From positions 92,087 through 152,091 of the forward strand of contig NW_004798067.1 of NCBI RefSeq assembly GCF_000002075.1: 60,005 nucleotides of DNA, read 5' to 3'. The notes beneath the pieces are model-generated. The model was not told where the DNA came from. It saw only the letters and a list, made by a program, of their open reading frames with translations, and made no database searches. This document shows positions 1 to 12,506 of this stretch, one piece after another. A program made the translations under genes and the position numbers. The stretch's first letter is position 1. Each line of letters begins with the position of its first letter. Source of the stretch: Aplysia californica. Lineage: Eukaryota.

Positions 1-245
1 GTGTGGCCTAAATAAGGTAAAGGAGGGGGGTTTAGCTTATTTAGGCCATATGTGGCCTAAATAAGGTCACCCATAGAATTAACACCAAAATCTTAAAACT
101 TTTTCCTATTAGACCAAGATGCAACCCAATTTTTTTTTTTCATTCCATCCTTTTAATTAATTTATGGTTTAAGAAAATGCGACCCGGTCAGCAAAACCAA
201 CCTGTAGCATACGTACATTAAAGGGTGACCGCATTTAGGCTACAC
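1..245. mobile_element. End of a DNA transposon/MITE with subterminal repeats
   Basis: GGCCTAAATAAG occurs three times in both orientations. 52-73 (gtggcctaaataaggtcaccc) is inverted relative to ~223-245, which is followed by TA. Confidence 0.45.
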
Positions 246-509
246 TATATTTATATTATTGTAACCCACATAAGTACGCCCAGTATACATGTAGATATAT
301 GACTATGTATCCCAAACAATCTATAGTACATACACTGGCACACACTGTCATCAAGCACAGTGACAAAACTGAGCTGAATTAGAAAGGCGCCAAACTGGGA
401 CAGGAAAGTTTTAACTCTTTCAATTCAAGAGAACAATTACTGTCACAAGGAACGGATAGCCCAAATAAGGCTTTGGGAGGCTGGTTTTGTTATTGAGCTA
501 TATTTAATA

Positions 510-1311
510 CAGTGGAATCCACTTATAACGAGTCCTGAAATAATGAGAAGTCTGTTATAAAGACACTACTCTAAAACCCTGTTTTTTCCCTTCTTTATCT
601 TTGTAAATATAATACTGCCATAACGCAATCAGACAAACACACGAGTGGGTTATAACGGAATATTGCTGCTGCTGTGCACAGCGCATAGGCCATTTATTAA
701 TAAATATGTAAAACTTCACCAGTTGAGAAACTTGTTGGTTATCTTGCGAAACAAAGAATGGGAGAGCCCACGGGTGCCAACAATAAAGGCCGGAGCAAAT
801 GAGTGGGGAGAGTGTGGCATGCACACGCATCGTGTGACAGGCCAGCCTAGTCTAGATTATCTAGGCCTATCATGCCTCTCACTTCTCCGATGCGGAGATG
901 AAGAGGCCACAGTGCTGTGAGGGACGGAGCGAAAGTGTGGCGTGGGCTGGGTGTGGTATGTTCCCATAATGCGCAAGCAGACGGAACGCACCACAGGGTC
1001 TGGTGGGGTGAGGGACAACATAGCGGGTGAGTTAGCCAAAAAAACTTTTTTTCTGATCACTGATCATCAACATTGCTAGTGTTAGAGAAAGAAACCTGAT
1101 TCGACTTTAGATCAAGTAAGACTTAAAGGTCATGTTGAGCGAAATCATCAGAGGAGATTACAAAAAGAAATAAACCGAAAACCAGACTCATAGATTAGGA
1201 CTACTTTATTATTTCCCTTGAATTTATTGCTGGATCCCTTTTACCGAGAATCTTGCTATAACGGACATTTGGCACCGGTCCCCTCCCTCTCATTATAACA
1301 GGATTCCATTG
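510..1311. mobile_element. Tc1/mariner-pogo-type MITE
   Basis: ~23-bp TIRs cagtggaatccacttataacgag / ctcattataacaggattccattg, flanked by TA at 508-509 and 1312-1313; no coding capacity. Confidence 0.8.
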
Positions 1312-2722
1312 TACTAATTAACAATATGTAGCCTAAATAAATGCTTCTCACATTTATATGAAAAAATCCAGTGAAAAAATAAAATTTCCCAGACACTTTG
1401 TGGAGATACAACAACAGTTTTCATCTATAATTCTTTTGAAAACAATCGATCACAAAAGCAAATATTATTCATTATTTTACAGAAATGAACCGCTTATTTA
1501 GTTTACAATATCAACAGAAAGCCACCACAATTATCCGTCATGCTATACAGAATATAATATCCTTGCCAGAGAAAGAAGAAAAACGAAGTCAGCAACAAAT
1601 CGTTCTGCTTTGATTATATTAATTCTGTTTAATTATCTTGTCCATTAAACCATGATACAGATAGATACACCCTAAAACATTGAGAAATATTCTCAGCTTT
1701 CTCAAAAGTGTAAATTCAAGCTTCCATTTCACAGGTGCTCAAACATGAAATAACTGGTGAAATATTTTACTCTTATTGTCACAGTAGGCTACATTTTCAC
1801 CAGGATACAATAAAACAGGGAAAATTGAACAGAGTGCCGTTCTCACAGACTTACGGTTGTGCCTAAAACTAAAACTGGGATTCAAACCAACAAACTTACT
1901 GTTCTTAGTCCGGAATCCCACGTACTATGCTGTCAACATCACACGTTGACATTGAAAATGAAAAACTATATATATACCAGTAGCTTCTTTTCGTATCCAA
2001 AGCTAAAAATTTTCTTAAAAAATAAAGAACCACCAGTACTCAAATAATTTAACAGCACCAGTAATAATGCACTAAAAACACTTTCAGATGGTGGGTAACT
2101 GAAACAGACCGAAACAGAATATGGCACACAAAAAAATGTAGTTGAAAGTATTAAAAAGAACAAACCCACAAAGAATGAATATATTCAGAAAAATATTATT
2201 AGATAATATGTAAATTGCACATACATGTATACTGAGTAGTATCAATCGTAACAAAAAATGAAACGGTTAAGTTTTATCTCCACAGAGGTAAATAGTGTAC
2301 CGGTACAATTTGATGTACAGAGTAGAGACATACATATATTATAGGCCTTTCTTGATGATGTACAAAAGTAGAAGTGAGGAAAAAATGAAAGGCTGTATGT
2401 CACACTTTGCTCCAGCACCCTGGCAACAACACAGCATATGTTGCATTTCAGGAATAACAGATGCAATCTTTTAGGCCCCCGGTGCAACGCGCATAAGGCC
2501 ATATTATGTTCATATTTAGACAAAAGTCTTAAATGAAGGAAAGACTTTAGGCCTACTACTTTTGCACATTTATCAAAAAAAGGCTGAATTACTCCCAAAG
2601 CAAGAATGAACCATCTTACTCCCAAAACAATGACGAACCATCCTACCCGCAAAGCAAACAAGATGTTTCACTCCAAACAATACATCATATTATATACTGA
2701 AAAAAACCCAAACAGTTCTTAA

Positions 2723-3333
2723 CTCTTTCCCGACGTATTGCCGATATATCTCAGTTTTGTTTAGTTTAAACTTGATCCATTGTTTATAAGTACTTTTAAT
2801 TGTTACTGAAAACTTGGAAAGGGTTTAGGAAACGAAAAATCTAGTTTCACTTTGTCAAAGTGTCGGTCTGGCGAAAAACGAGCGAATTAGTTCTCGCGGT
2901 CTTGCATCAACAAAACGATCTAACCGGACTTAGTATAAATATCATAACTCAAACAAAAATTGGAATATTGCATTCAAATAAAAAGCTGCACATTCAGAAA
3001 TTTATGGAGTCTGCTCTTGGTCTGTATATGATAAGATAGCCATGCTGATTCGCTTTCACGAGTTGAGTGTGTGTAATTTTTTCCATCAAAATGTATTTTT
3101 CTCACCACCATTGCCATTTCTGACCCTTGTAATGCATACTTGTTTTCAAAATTAATCATTGTTTCATGTTGGAATGTATTCCTTATTCAATTTCCTTCAA
3201 TTTGATATATCACATGTTACGTTTTGAGCAATGGTTATGCTTAAATGAAGTTATTTTGTATATCACCTGAGTAGCCGAAATGAGTCACAAGTTAATTACG
3301 TCTAGACCCCAAAACAACTACTTCCGGAAAGAG
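2723..3333. mobile_element. TTAA-flanked (piggyBac-like) MITE
   Basis: TTAA|CTCTTTCC ... GGAAAGAG|TTAA terminal inverted repeats. Confidence 0.7.
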
Positions 3334-4144
3334 TTAAGAAAGTAGTCGTACTTTTTGATTGAGTCAAAAAGAAGCATACTGACATGATAAATGTCATTAA
3401 GTGCTGGGTAAAAATATAGGAAGTATACACACCCTATCCATCATAAATACCACATCACAGTACCATTTGCCTTTGAGATAGAGTGCATCAGTGCCTTGTT
3501 ATTTGGGAACATAAACCAATTAGGGGCCAACTAGAGTAGATTCAAGGAACTTCGCCACCTGGTCTCCCTGTTGTACTTTACAATGGAATAACCCACCTGA
3601 CCTATTTTCAGACCAGTTCAAGTGTCACTAAATTCCATAGTTGATCGGGCAATTAAGAGCTTCCAAAGCTGGGTTCCCACTCACTAAACCACAGTTTTTA
3701 AAGAAAGTGGGGAGGGTACCGGTAGTTGAGAGACTGGGCCTGAAAACCCAGGTGAACCAGGTAAGGATTCCTGATACAACCTAATTAAAAGGCGTCCAGA
3801 CCTAACCAAAAGGAACCCCCAGAATTGTGCCTCTACCAGGATCACAATATGACTACACGCCCAGTCATCAGCGGATTCTTTTTTTATCTTCTTCTTCTTC
3901 TTCTCCATCGCATCACATTTGAAGTCTGGTATCTGTTATAAATTGGGCCGTCCTGCTTAGTTCATCTGTCTGCCCATATAGCTTCTCTTGTAGTGTCAGT
4001 GGGGTTGGCCACGTTTCCTGTCTCAGGGCCCTGTGTGTCTTGCAGTGCTGAAGGATGTGTTCAACAGTTTGGTCTGCCTCTCCACACTAGCATTTTGGTG
4101 ATTGTACTAGTTTAAAACATCTGTACATATGTTGTCTCAGTCTT

Positions 4145-4935
4145 GTGTGTTGTGTTCTTAGTCGGAAGATAATCACTTGTTCAGGGTTCTTTGATGATTT
4201 AGAATCATTATTTCAGAAGCAGCAACTCAAAGACAAGCCTGCTCAGGTGTGGAACTGCAATGAGACTGGGCTGCAGTTCTCACCAAATGCTTTTATTAGG
4301 GTAGTGTCCGAAAAAGGGTCACAGAATGTACTAGCCAGATGCAGCCCCTCCAAGGAAAGCGCCTTAGAGCCGATCTCAGGTTACTCAAGGCCTACTGCGG
4401 CCCGAATTAAGGCGAGGGTGGATGACTGCCAGCTCGATTTTGGAAAATTCTCTCAACCGCGGAAAATCGTGGATCCACCAACGGAAAACTGTGATCCTTG
4501 GTGGATAGACGATGAAATCGGAGTGCAGTGGTTTTCATGTGTTTTTCTTCAACACTACAGGGACTCAAGACCCCAGCTGCTCATACTCGACTCTCACCAC
4601 AGTCACTAAGTGTTAGAGCTATTGGAAATTGCCCAAGAGGAGAACATACATATTCTGGCCCTGCCTCCTCACACCACCCACATCCTCCAGCCTCTTGACA
4701 AAGTCGTATAATTGAAACCATTCAAGACTGATACAGAAAGCATTGTACAGAGTTTCTTTCAACTTTTCCTAATCTGACCATCAACGAGGCGACATGGCCA
4801 AGAATTTTGAAGCAGATCTGGGACTCCACCTTGAGACCACCCCTGATAAAGACAGCATTCCAGGCCACCGGAATCGTGCCCTTGGACAGGAGACAGATCC
4901 CCCAATCTGTGTACATGCCCTCTGACACCATTAGA
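4145..4935 (+). pseudogene. Degenerate pogo/Tigger-type DDE transposase relic
   Basis: Motifs VWNCNETG (DETG), PQLLILDSHHSH, ILALPPHTTHILQPLDKVV and AFQATGIVPL, with an in-frame stop at 4607-4609, a frameshift and a non-homologous patch near 4363-4495. Confidence 0.85.
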
Positions 4936-5483
4936 GGGATTTCCCCAAGAGCCCTACGATGTTGAGGCTGAAGTTTCCTTCCACAGTGTAGAGGCTCTTC
5001 AATTCCTCGGAGGTAGGCCTATGAACATCCACCTAATCATGGGTCTCAACTAAGAATTTTTTAAAAGGAGGACAAAAGACCATTTTCGCGAGACACCCAT
5101 TATTATTATACTGTTTAACAAGAGTAAAGTGTGTTTACGAAGAGACCAGCTTTAAAGTGACAAAGTTACCCGAATCTTCTCTACCTGTTATGAAAACAGG
5201 TAAATAAAAATAAAAAGGAAAGTGAAAATATTCAGCATCCAAAAACAAATCTTGCAGTCACATTTCCAGCATTGGATGTTGAAAAAGTTGTAAGTATCTC
5301 AATTAAGTAAACGATAAAGAGAAACAAAGGACAGATGTGAGAAGCCCTTCCTTGGGGAAAAGAGGAGAGGTGGAAGTGTCAGCAAGTTCTCAGAACTTCA
5401 TTTTCCTTAGAACAGAGAACTTCTCAGATCCTAAGAGACAACTCAGTCACACCAGAACAAGATTTTACCTCGCGTCACTTGTC

Positions 5484-5497
5484 GTTTCCATGGTTAC
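5484..5497. promoter_or_regulatory. RFX X-box
   Basis: GTTTCCATGGTTAC (reverse complement GTAACCATGGAAAC) fits the X-box consensus GTHNYY-AT-RRNAAC. It lies in a local CpG patch next to a minus-strand donor GAG|GTAAAA at 5469/5468. Confidence 0.5.
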
Positions 5498-5945
5498 CGA
5501 GACGGAAAGTAGAGCAGCTGCTACACTGATCCACAAACTGTAAACTCAAAATTTCAACTGAATAAATATCGTCACACAGAAGACAGATATGTGAACCTTT
5601 TGATTAAGAGTCAAGATTTTAAAAGATTTAGAGAAAACTATTCTGATGAGACTGCATTGTACAGCTCACAATGATGAAGAGAAAAGCCCACACAAAACAA
5701 AAGTGTAATTTTACGGTTACACATCTCTCGAAATAAAAACGGATCACAGTACTACATCCAACAAAGCCATAAACAATAAAAGTTGAATGTTGTTATACTC
5801 GTACCTTGAGTGCAAAAACTAACAAAACATAAAATTGGTCATTTCAAAAGAAACATTCTTGGTCTCTTGCATCCTGGAGAGGTGAAAGAAGAAGAAAAAA
5901 AAAGATGTAGACTTGAGATTTTTCACAAAATAATTATATCACACC

Positions 5946-6013
5946 TCGTCGCCTCAGAAGTATTTTGTCCAAAGTGTACTTAAGTTTTGGGCAAAATAGT
6001 TCTGAGGCGACGA
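5946..6013. mobile_element. Short palindromic (fold-back) MITE, copy 1
   Basis: 28-bp arms tcgtcgcctcagaagtattttgtccaaa / tttgggcaaaatagttctgaggcgacga with 2 mismatches; a related copy is at 30004-30097. Confidence 0.65.
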
Positions 6014-6317
6014 CCTGTATGTGCGAGCACCAATAACCATACGTGTTCTCTTATTGTTGGCAGGGTCGTGCATCCTGCTAGAGTGCAATGGGTCTATCTC
6101 TCACTTTCCCAAAACACTGGCAGGAAGGTGGGGAGAGGGTTCAAAATAAAACCTTATACAGTAAGACGAGTGAAGTCTAACAGAAACTAACAAATTTAAA
6201 CCACATCTTGAGCATTTGTGAAAGCACTTTGTACCTCACGATTCCGTTCAAATTTTGCACGTAGCAGTCTCAACATATTTCAGCATAACATATCTTCAAA
6301 GCACTTATCTAAACAAT

Positions 6318-9300
6318 TCAGACAGTTGGCGCTGTCGTTGGCCAGTTTCTGTACAACATGATAGTTGTGGCAATCAATCCAAACACTCCGTTGGTCGCAG
6401 GCGACAACTTTTGTGACCACAGAATACCAGGCGGCATCCAGGACACAGCGTTGACCAGGTCACAACACGAGTGTGCCAACAGCAGCAGGACGTCTCTGCG
6501 CTCGCTGGCCAGCTTCTTCAAGTTGTCCTTTATCTCCGCATTTTGGCTGGAACCTTGCCCAGAACTGAAGCAGAAGAAAGGAAACAAATGTCAGCAGGAA
6601 AGGGGAGAAAAACACAGAAACAAGAAGGAGCAATCAGTAGCCCTTTCCAACATGTAATGCACACTCTCTGACTTCAATTCATTCACAATATGGTAATCAG
6701 TTGAAAGCAGCATGTATAATATTGTTGAGAAAAAAGACTTTCAAAATGTCACTTTAAGATGTATGATACAATTGTCAATTTTGATTTGAAACAAGCAAGA
6801 AATATAAGCAAATCTTATAGTACTGACTTACAAATAAAACTCATCCATACAATACTGTAACACTCATAAGACTAACTGGGCTGCATGTAGCCACATTTCT
6901 AAATTACTTTTGACATCAGGGAAGTTTCATTACCTATTTTTCCTACTCCGAAGATGTATTTTATAAAATAAAACAATTTCTGGGTACCAGTCGTGAAGAG
7001 ACATGACGATAAAAATAATTTCTCCTCCTCATCCAAATCAAGATATCTAGTGAGAATCAGTGTCAAGCTTTAAAAGATCAACTTCCAATATTTTGCATCT
7101 TCCTAAGAATGTACAAATCAAAAATTTATTTACACAACAAACAGATCTAAGATCTAAGACAAAAACCGAATTTGATTTTTTTCAAACTTCAGATTTTTCA
7201 GCGTCTTATCCTTAAATCATTCGTATTTTTATTACCCAGTTCATAGGGAATAACCCCCCCCCCCCAAAAGCATCAGTTTTACACTAAACTCACCCATCTT
7301 TGTCAAGTTGTCTCTGCTTTTTTAGTTTCAAGGCTAACATTGCCAGACCTCGGAGTTTCAGCAGTCCTCTGAAAGAAACATAATTTGAATATATATATAT
7401 ATAAGAGTTTGAAAGCTTTACCCTCACAGTCCAATTTTAACTTCTCCCGTCAAAGCTATTTTTAACCACTTCAAAAAAAGATAAGACAAAATTTGAAGTG
7501 AGTGAAGCACTCATTTCTACAAAAAAAAAAGCGCCCAAAACAACTTGAATTTAGTGCAAAATTACCTTCTTCATGTTGTTGGTAGTCATTTGCACTGTTG
7601 GTTTTGATATAATTTTTCTGCACCTTCAAGTTGGAAAGTATTACCAGCGGATGAAACCGTCCACATTGCACATTTAGTGTGAGGATTGAATTGTTCTCAT
7701 CAAACTCAAGTGGTTAACACTTTGGCGTCGCATCTCACCGATATCTACCACCTAGTTTCTTTGGATTTTCCCCAAAATGCCTTTGCCTTTGATGGCACGA
7801 GTTTTTACTATATGAGCCTTGTCACAGCAAAGTGTTAAACAATCACCTCAACTTATATATACCATTCTTTGGTTCTAAGCTTAGAAGCTAAAGCTGCCAT
7901 TTTCTAGATAGGCAATAACAGCACACTATATCATGTTACATTATAAAAATGAATATATTATATATATATATTATATACAGTAAAATAAAAATCTCTATAA
8001 CAAAAACTTAATAGGAGCAGAGAATTCCTTCATATTAAGCAGATTTCCAGTTGAGGAAAGCTGCGATGCAAATAATGCTGAGGAGAAAAAAGAAACAGGG
8101 ATTCAAAATCCCTTTCTGGTAACAGGAATCTCGTACTTAAACAAATCCAACTGTATACAAATCATGTTTACTTGATAATCTCAAGTTAAACAAAGAGAAC
8201 TGTACACAAATCATGTTTACTTGATAATCTCATGTTAAACAAAGCCAACTTTATACAAATCATGCTTACTTGATAATCTCATGTTAAACATACCCAACTG
8301 TATACAAATCATGTTTACTTGATAATCTCATGTTAAACAAAGCCAACTTTATACAAATCATGCTTACTTGATAATCTCATGTTAAACACACCCAACTGTA
8401 TACAAATCATGCTTACTTGATGATCTCCACCAGCAATGAAACTGCCCAGATGAAGAGACCAACCAACAGCATTGGGGTTGGAAGCCCATCCAGAATTTTC
8501 TTCTGTCTCAACCAGGCAATATGCTCTGATGGGTAGAACGCCTGGTTCAGCAAAGAGCTTAACACCTCCAGAATCTGCATTATGCCTTTTTCCTTTTATA
8601 AATGGAGACAAAACATGTTTTCATCAGTTGGTTTCACCTAAAGAATTTAATGTAACTTATTCAAGCAAAAAAATATTTTTCAAATATATGTGAATAGGCG
8701 AAAATATAGTGAGATACATGTGCCAGCTTTGATCTCTACAGAAACTGTTATTATAATCTTTACTAAGAATTATTATACCCTGAACAACTAAAATGAATCA
8801 TAATTCAATGAAAACAAATCTGAACCTTGAACAAAATAGCCAAATTTTAAGCTTTGAGCCCCCTTTCAACGCTGTGACGTTATTTAAGAGGTTGCTGATC
8901 TTGAAGCAGAAAGTTTTTCACAACATTATTTCAGTATACAGTATAACACGGACAGGTCAAACACAAAATACTTGAAATCATGCGTCCGTCAAACTGTACC
9001 CGCGGTTCTGTTTAATTTTTTCTTCTTTATCTCTGTAAGTTACCCCTCGAACTACTGATCCCTCGAACTATCGAGGTCGGTCCTGATGAATTTGAGCTCT
9101 CCGCGTTATACTGTCAGTGGATATTTTTAAGACAAGCTTTTGACCTGAAAAACTTATGAAACCTCCTGGGAAATGGTATTTGCACTATGACTGTGGACTC
9201 ATGCCCACACATATGTTTGGATACAGCGGTAACCAAACTATCCTAGGCAGGAAATATGGTAAGTTATTGATGGTTATTTCACAACTTTCTATCCTGTGGC

Positions 9301-9650
9301 AAAGTAAACTTGTCCGCATATATATATATATATATATATATAAATTTAAAAATAGATGGGCCAAGCAAAAATATCTTCAGCTCCCAGGTATACAAGAGAA
9401 AAGTACGTACCTTGAACCCAAAACCTTTCGATAGATTAAACAAGAACATAGGCAAGTCATCAAATAGTCTGAGAATGACACGGCATGCTCCCATCTCCGC
9501 AGAGAGAGTCCTCCACTTGACTTGAGCAGGAGTCTTGCCATCTCCACCCATATACATTCCTGCGTAGGTGATCCATCGTATAAAGCGATCCCGTCCTCTG
9601 TAGGTCTCCAGGACATTGACAAGACTGACTAAACTTTTAACAAGAGCCAT
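6318..9650 (-). CDS. PEX11G: Peroxisomal membrane protein 11 gamma-like (PEX11G/PEX11C), 245 aa; join of 9650-9411, 8592-8417, 7368-7294, 6564-6318
   Basis: Four GT-AG exons (240+176+75+247 = 738 nt, intron phases 0,2,2) give one open frame. Recognisable PEX11-gamma motifs: LETYRGRDRFIR, CRVILRLFDDL, NQAFYPSEHIAW, DLVNAVSWMPPGILW. An acceptor at 9668-9669, 17 nt upstream of the ATG, implies a non-coding first exon further upstream. Confidence 0.92.
7466..7834. mobile_element. Two abutting TTAA-flanked MITEs (7466-7713 and 7718-7834)
   Basis: TTAA|CCACTT...AAGTGG|TTAA|CACTTTG...CAAAGTG|TTAA. Confidence 0.55.
8128..8427. repeat. 49-bp minisatellite, ~6 copies, overlapping the PEX11G exon donor
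   Basis: Unit aaacaaagccaactttatacaaatcatgcttacttgataatctcatgtt; donor GT recurs at 8416, 8367, 8318, 8269, 8220, 8171. Confidence 0.92.
8939..9113. mobile_element. Small Tigger-like MITE
   Basis: TIRs cagtataacacgga / tccgcgttatactg, with TA on the left flank. Confidence 0.6.
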
Positions 9651-9916
9651 CCTCTTGTTTCCAGGAACTGTAGAATGAATAGAAGGTAATTATAACTCTT
9701 TACCAAACTTTTATCAAGTCATTAAACGAGGCAAAGAAAATAAAATCAAAGAAATATAATTTGACTAGGGCAAAGAATGCAGATGGGATTAGATTAGCAG
9801 AAGAGGATGGACATGATTTTTGGGTAAACAGTTTGCCAACCCCAGTCCAAAGAACAGAATTTTAGGGTTTATCTAATGGAAAAAGAAACAGGACGATGTG
9901 TTCACAGGTCATGTGA

Positions 9917-9923
9917 GGTGTGT

Positions 9924-9960
<37 letters not shown>

Positions 9961-9982
9961 CATGTGTGTGTGCGTGCGTGCG
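9917..9982. repeat. (GT)n microsatellite
   Basis: Visible imperfect GT/GC dinucleotide run. Confidence 0.9.
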
Positions 9983-11161
9983 TTATGGTTATAAGAGGGG
10001 GCAGGAGGGGGAGGAAGCCTCCACAAGTAAATCTAGAATTTAAGACCAATGAAGACCTGGTGGCAACAAATTTTAGGCAACCTTTTATTTCGGGGGGGGG
10101 GGGGGGAGGGAGGGGGAGAGGGCAGATCTGCTAACCAAAACCACTTTTATGACAAAAAAAATTAATTAGACTTTTCCTCAGCAGGATCCTCCCTAAAAAC
10201 TGGAATTTAGTGGAAAAAATTGGAATCTCCAGAACCCCAGTAGATCAAAATATAAACTAACCATGACAAATTAAGGTGAATTGTAAATAAACGCAAATAA
10301 AAGTGCATATTTTCACGTCACTTATTATGATATATAAGTGGCGCAAATGTTGCATATAAACCTGTGTAATTTCACTTCAAGTACAACAAAAGATAAATTA
10401 CTGAAAGAAATGGAATTTAAAAGAAAAAAGAATTTATGCAAATCTGATCAGGGTTCTTTGACAGGCCACAGAAAATCGGAAAGCTTCGATTTTATCTGAG
10501 TAGGCCTACTTGTCAGGTCTCGGAGTTCTTTGAGGGACTTAAATTTTAAGTTATCAGTATTAGTAAGTCGCTTTTTAGCTTTTCGGGCATAATGCCATGA
10601 GCCAGGGGTTGAACAATCATGTATTATACATGCGTTGAACAGACCTGCACATAATTGAAAATATAATGGTGTGTGTGTTTGAGTGTGATAGTGTTTGGGT
10701 CTGTGTGTATGAGTGGGAAAACGGGTTGTGAGGGGGGAGGTGTAGTCTCAGACAGTAGGGTTGCGCGAGATCTCGATCCACAAAGATTGGAGATTGGCGA
10801 GCCGATCATGATCGGGATCGATCCAATCTCGATCTCTAGTCGCTCACCGAGTTCTTATCGCTCACTAACTCTGATCTCTTCCACAAGGGGAGACAACTCA
10901 AACTTGCAGAAGTGCTTTGTTCTTCTAAGGTCAAAGACCCCAACTCCTAGACCCCTAGCCTAGTGATTGCGCAGGGGGAGAGAGGCAGCGGTGACAGAGC
11001 GGTGGTGTGGGGCTGTTGCAGTCTTCCCTTCCGGTGTCGATGAATACGGTACAGTACTTAAAACCCCCATGAATAAACTGCTTTTGTGAGTGCTATGTTT
11101 TCGACCGTAACAGAAATAAAATGGTATAAGTTTAACGCCCCTATCAACACTATTAGGTTAT

Positions 11162-11345
11162 TTAAGAGGCGGGGCCTCCGAGTTTAACGTCCATCTCCGA
11201 AAGGACCGAGCCACATGGGAAATTCGTGCAAAGTGCCTTTCCCAAGAACACAACGTCGGACCGAGCTGAGGCTCGAACCCCCAAACCCGCAATCTCACAA
11301 TTACGAGTCCGGTAGCCTAACCACGCTACCGACGCCACGACCATA
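11162..11345 (-). mobile_element. tRNA-derived SINE
   Basis: Minus strand shows A-box-like tagcgtggtt, B-box ggttcgagcc, then gtgttcttgggaaaggcactt, which is shared with the SINE at 51243-51596. Confidence 0.7.
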
Positions 11346-12002
11346 ACAGGCATCACCTAGCTTATATATTGGTAAATCAATTGATAAACAACGCACAAAG
11401 GTTTAGACATTTAAAGAATTGAACCAAACAAGGAAGATTACACGGCACAATGAGTTATAATATATTTATATTACACTGCCCATGCGTATTTTTTTCATGG
11501 AATAAAGGAGTAAAACCACTGGCTCTGCTCGATCACGATCAGTGGGTCCACAGCTCTTTGTCTTTCTTGTTTTTGTTTGTTTTCCCACGCTTGCGTCTGA
11601 AAATAATATTCTATTTTATGGAGCTATGCATCTTTAATACTGTAGATGCCGTGTTAATGGCGTTATCATGCTATGTTTGGAGACAGATCTCAACATATTA
11701 ATTATTTCAAGCATAATAAGGCTACTCATACTGTATGCAGTTGCGCGCGCCATTAAATACTCTTTAAAAAGTGAATAATAACAGACTACGTCTAGATCTA
11801 CGGCACGGTACTAGATCTACTGTATGTCTGTGTTATTTATAGTTTAGTTCAATAGCAGATCTAGTTGTTGTAGCCTAACGACATCTGAGTTTAGACTTGT
11901 TATTTATGCCGTGCCGTGCATGACTGCTAAATAAGCAGCCGGCTAGCTGTTACAGTAAGCAGGTTCTCTTAACAAATCCAGGTTTGATACAAAACTAAAT
12001 AC

Positions 12003-12506
12003 CTCTTGGCTACACAAGTTGAGCTCAGTACCACCAGATGCAAGGCCTGTCGAGCGTTCACCGCACGATCAAGTAGGGCAAACACACGCAAAGTTGATGA
12101 GTGAAGGGAGAATAGAGGCAAGAGAATCTAAGAAGACAGTGAGTGAAGGCAACAACACAGGAGGTCAAGGTTCAAAGTGCAATGGCATTGGTGTATAAAA
12201 AAGCTGCTATAATCCCCAATCGACATATTACAAAACAAATAAATAATTACAAATTTCAGAAAAAAAAGATAATGCTGTTAGATTTTGTTCACATTGCCTA
12301 TAATATGCTTCTTTTGGACGGTTTATTTCTTAATTAAATTAAATATTCTTCAACATATTGCTCATCAAGCAGAAATACCCTAAATGCTGACACATTCATT
12401 TTAGCCTTGTGGTCTTTAAAAATACCTGGCCAGTGAGTAGAAACAAACGAAGCTGTCTGTTCCACGCGGAAACAGCAGTCGAAAATTGAAAATCAGTTTA
12501 TAAACA
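12003..12506. promoter_or_regulatory. Probable bidirectional promoter PEX11G/UPRT, including a candidate non-coding PEX11G exon 1 (~12070-12003, minus)
   Basis: The genes are divergent. A minus-strand donor GAG|GTATTT at 12003/12002 could pair with the 5' UTR acceptor at 9668-9669. The UPRT ATG is at 12507. Confidence 0.4.

Noticed and set aside
8333-8611. 92-aa ORF in the supplied track
   Set aside because: Wrong frame; the real PEX11G exon (EKGIMQILEVL...EIIK) is in another minus-strand frame at 8592-8417.
11162-11345. Functional tRNA gene (also 51500-51596 and 54613-54700)
   Set aside because: A/B boxes are present but there is no complete cloverleaf, and 11162-11345 and 51500-51596 continue into a shared SINE body.
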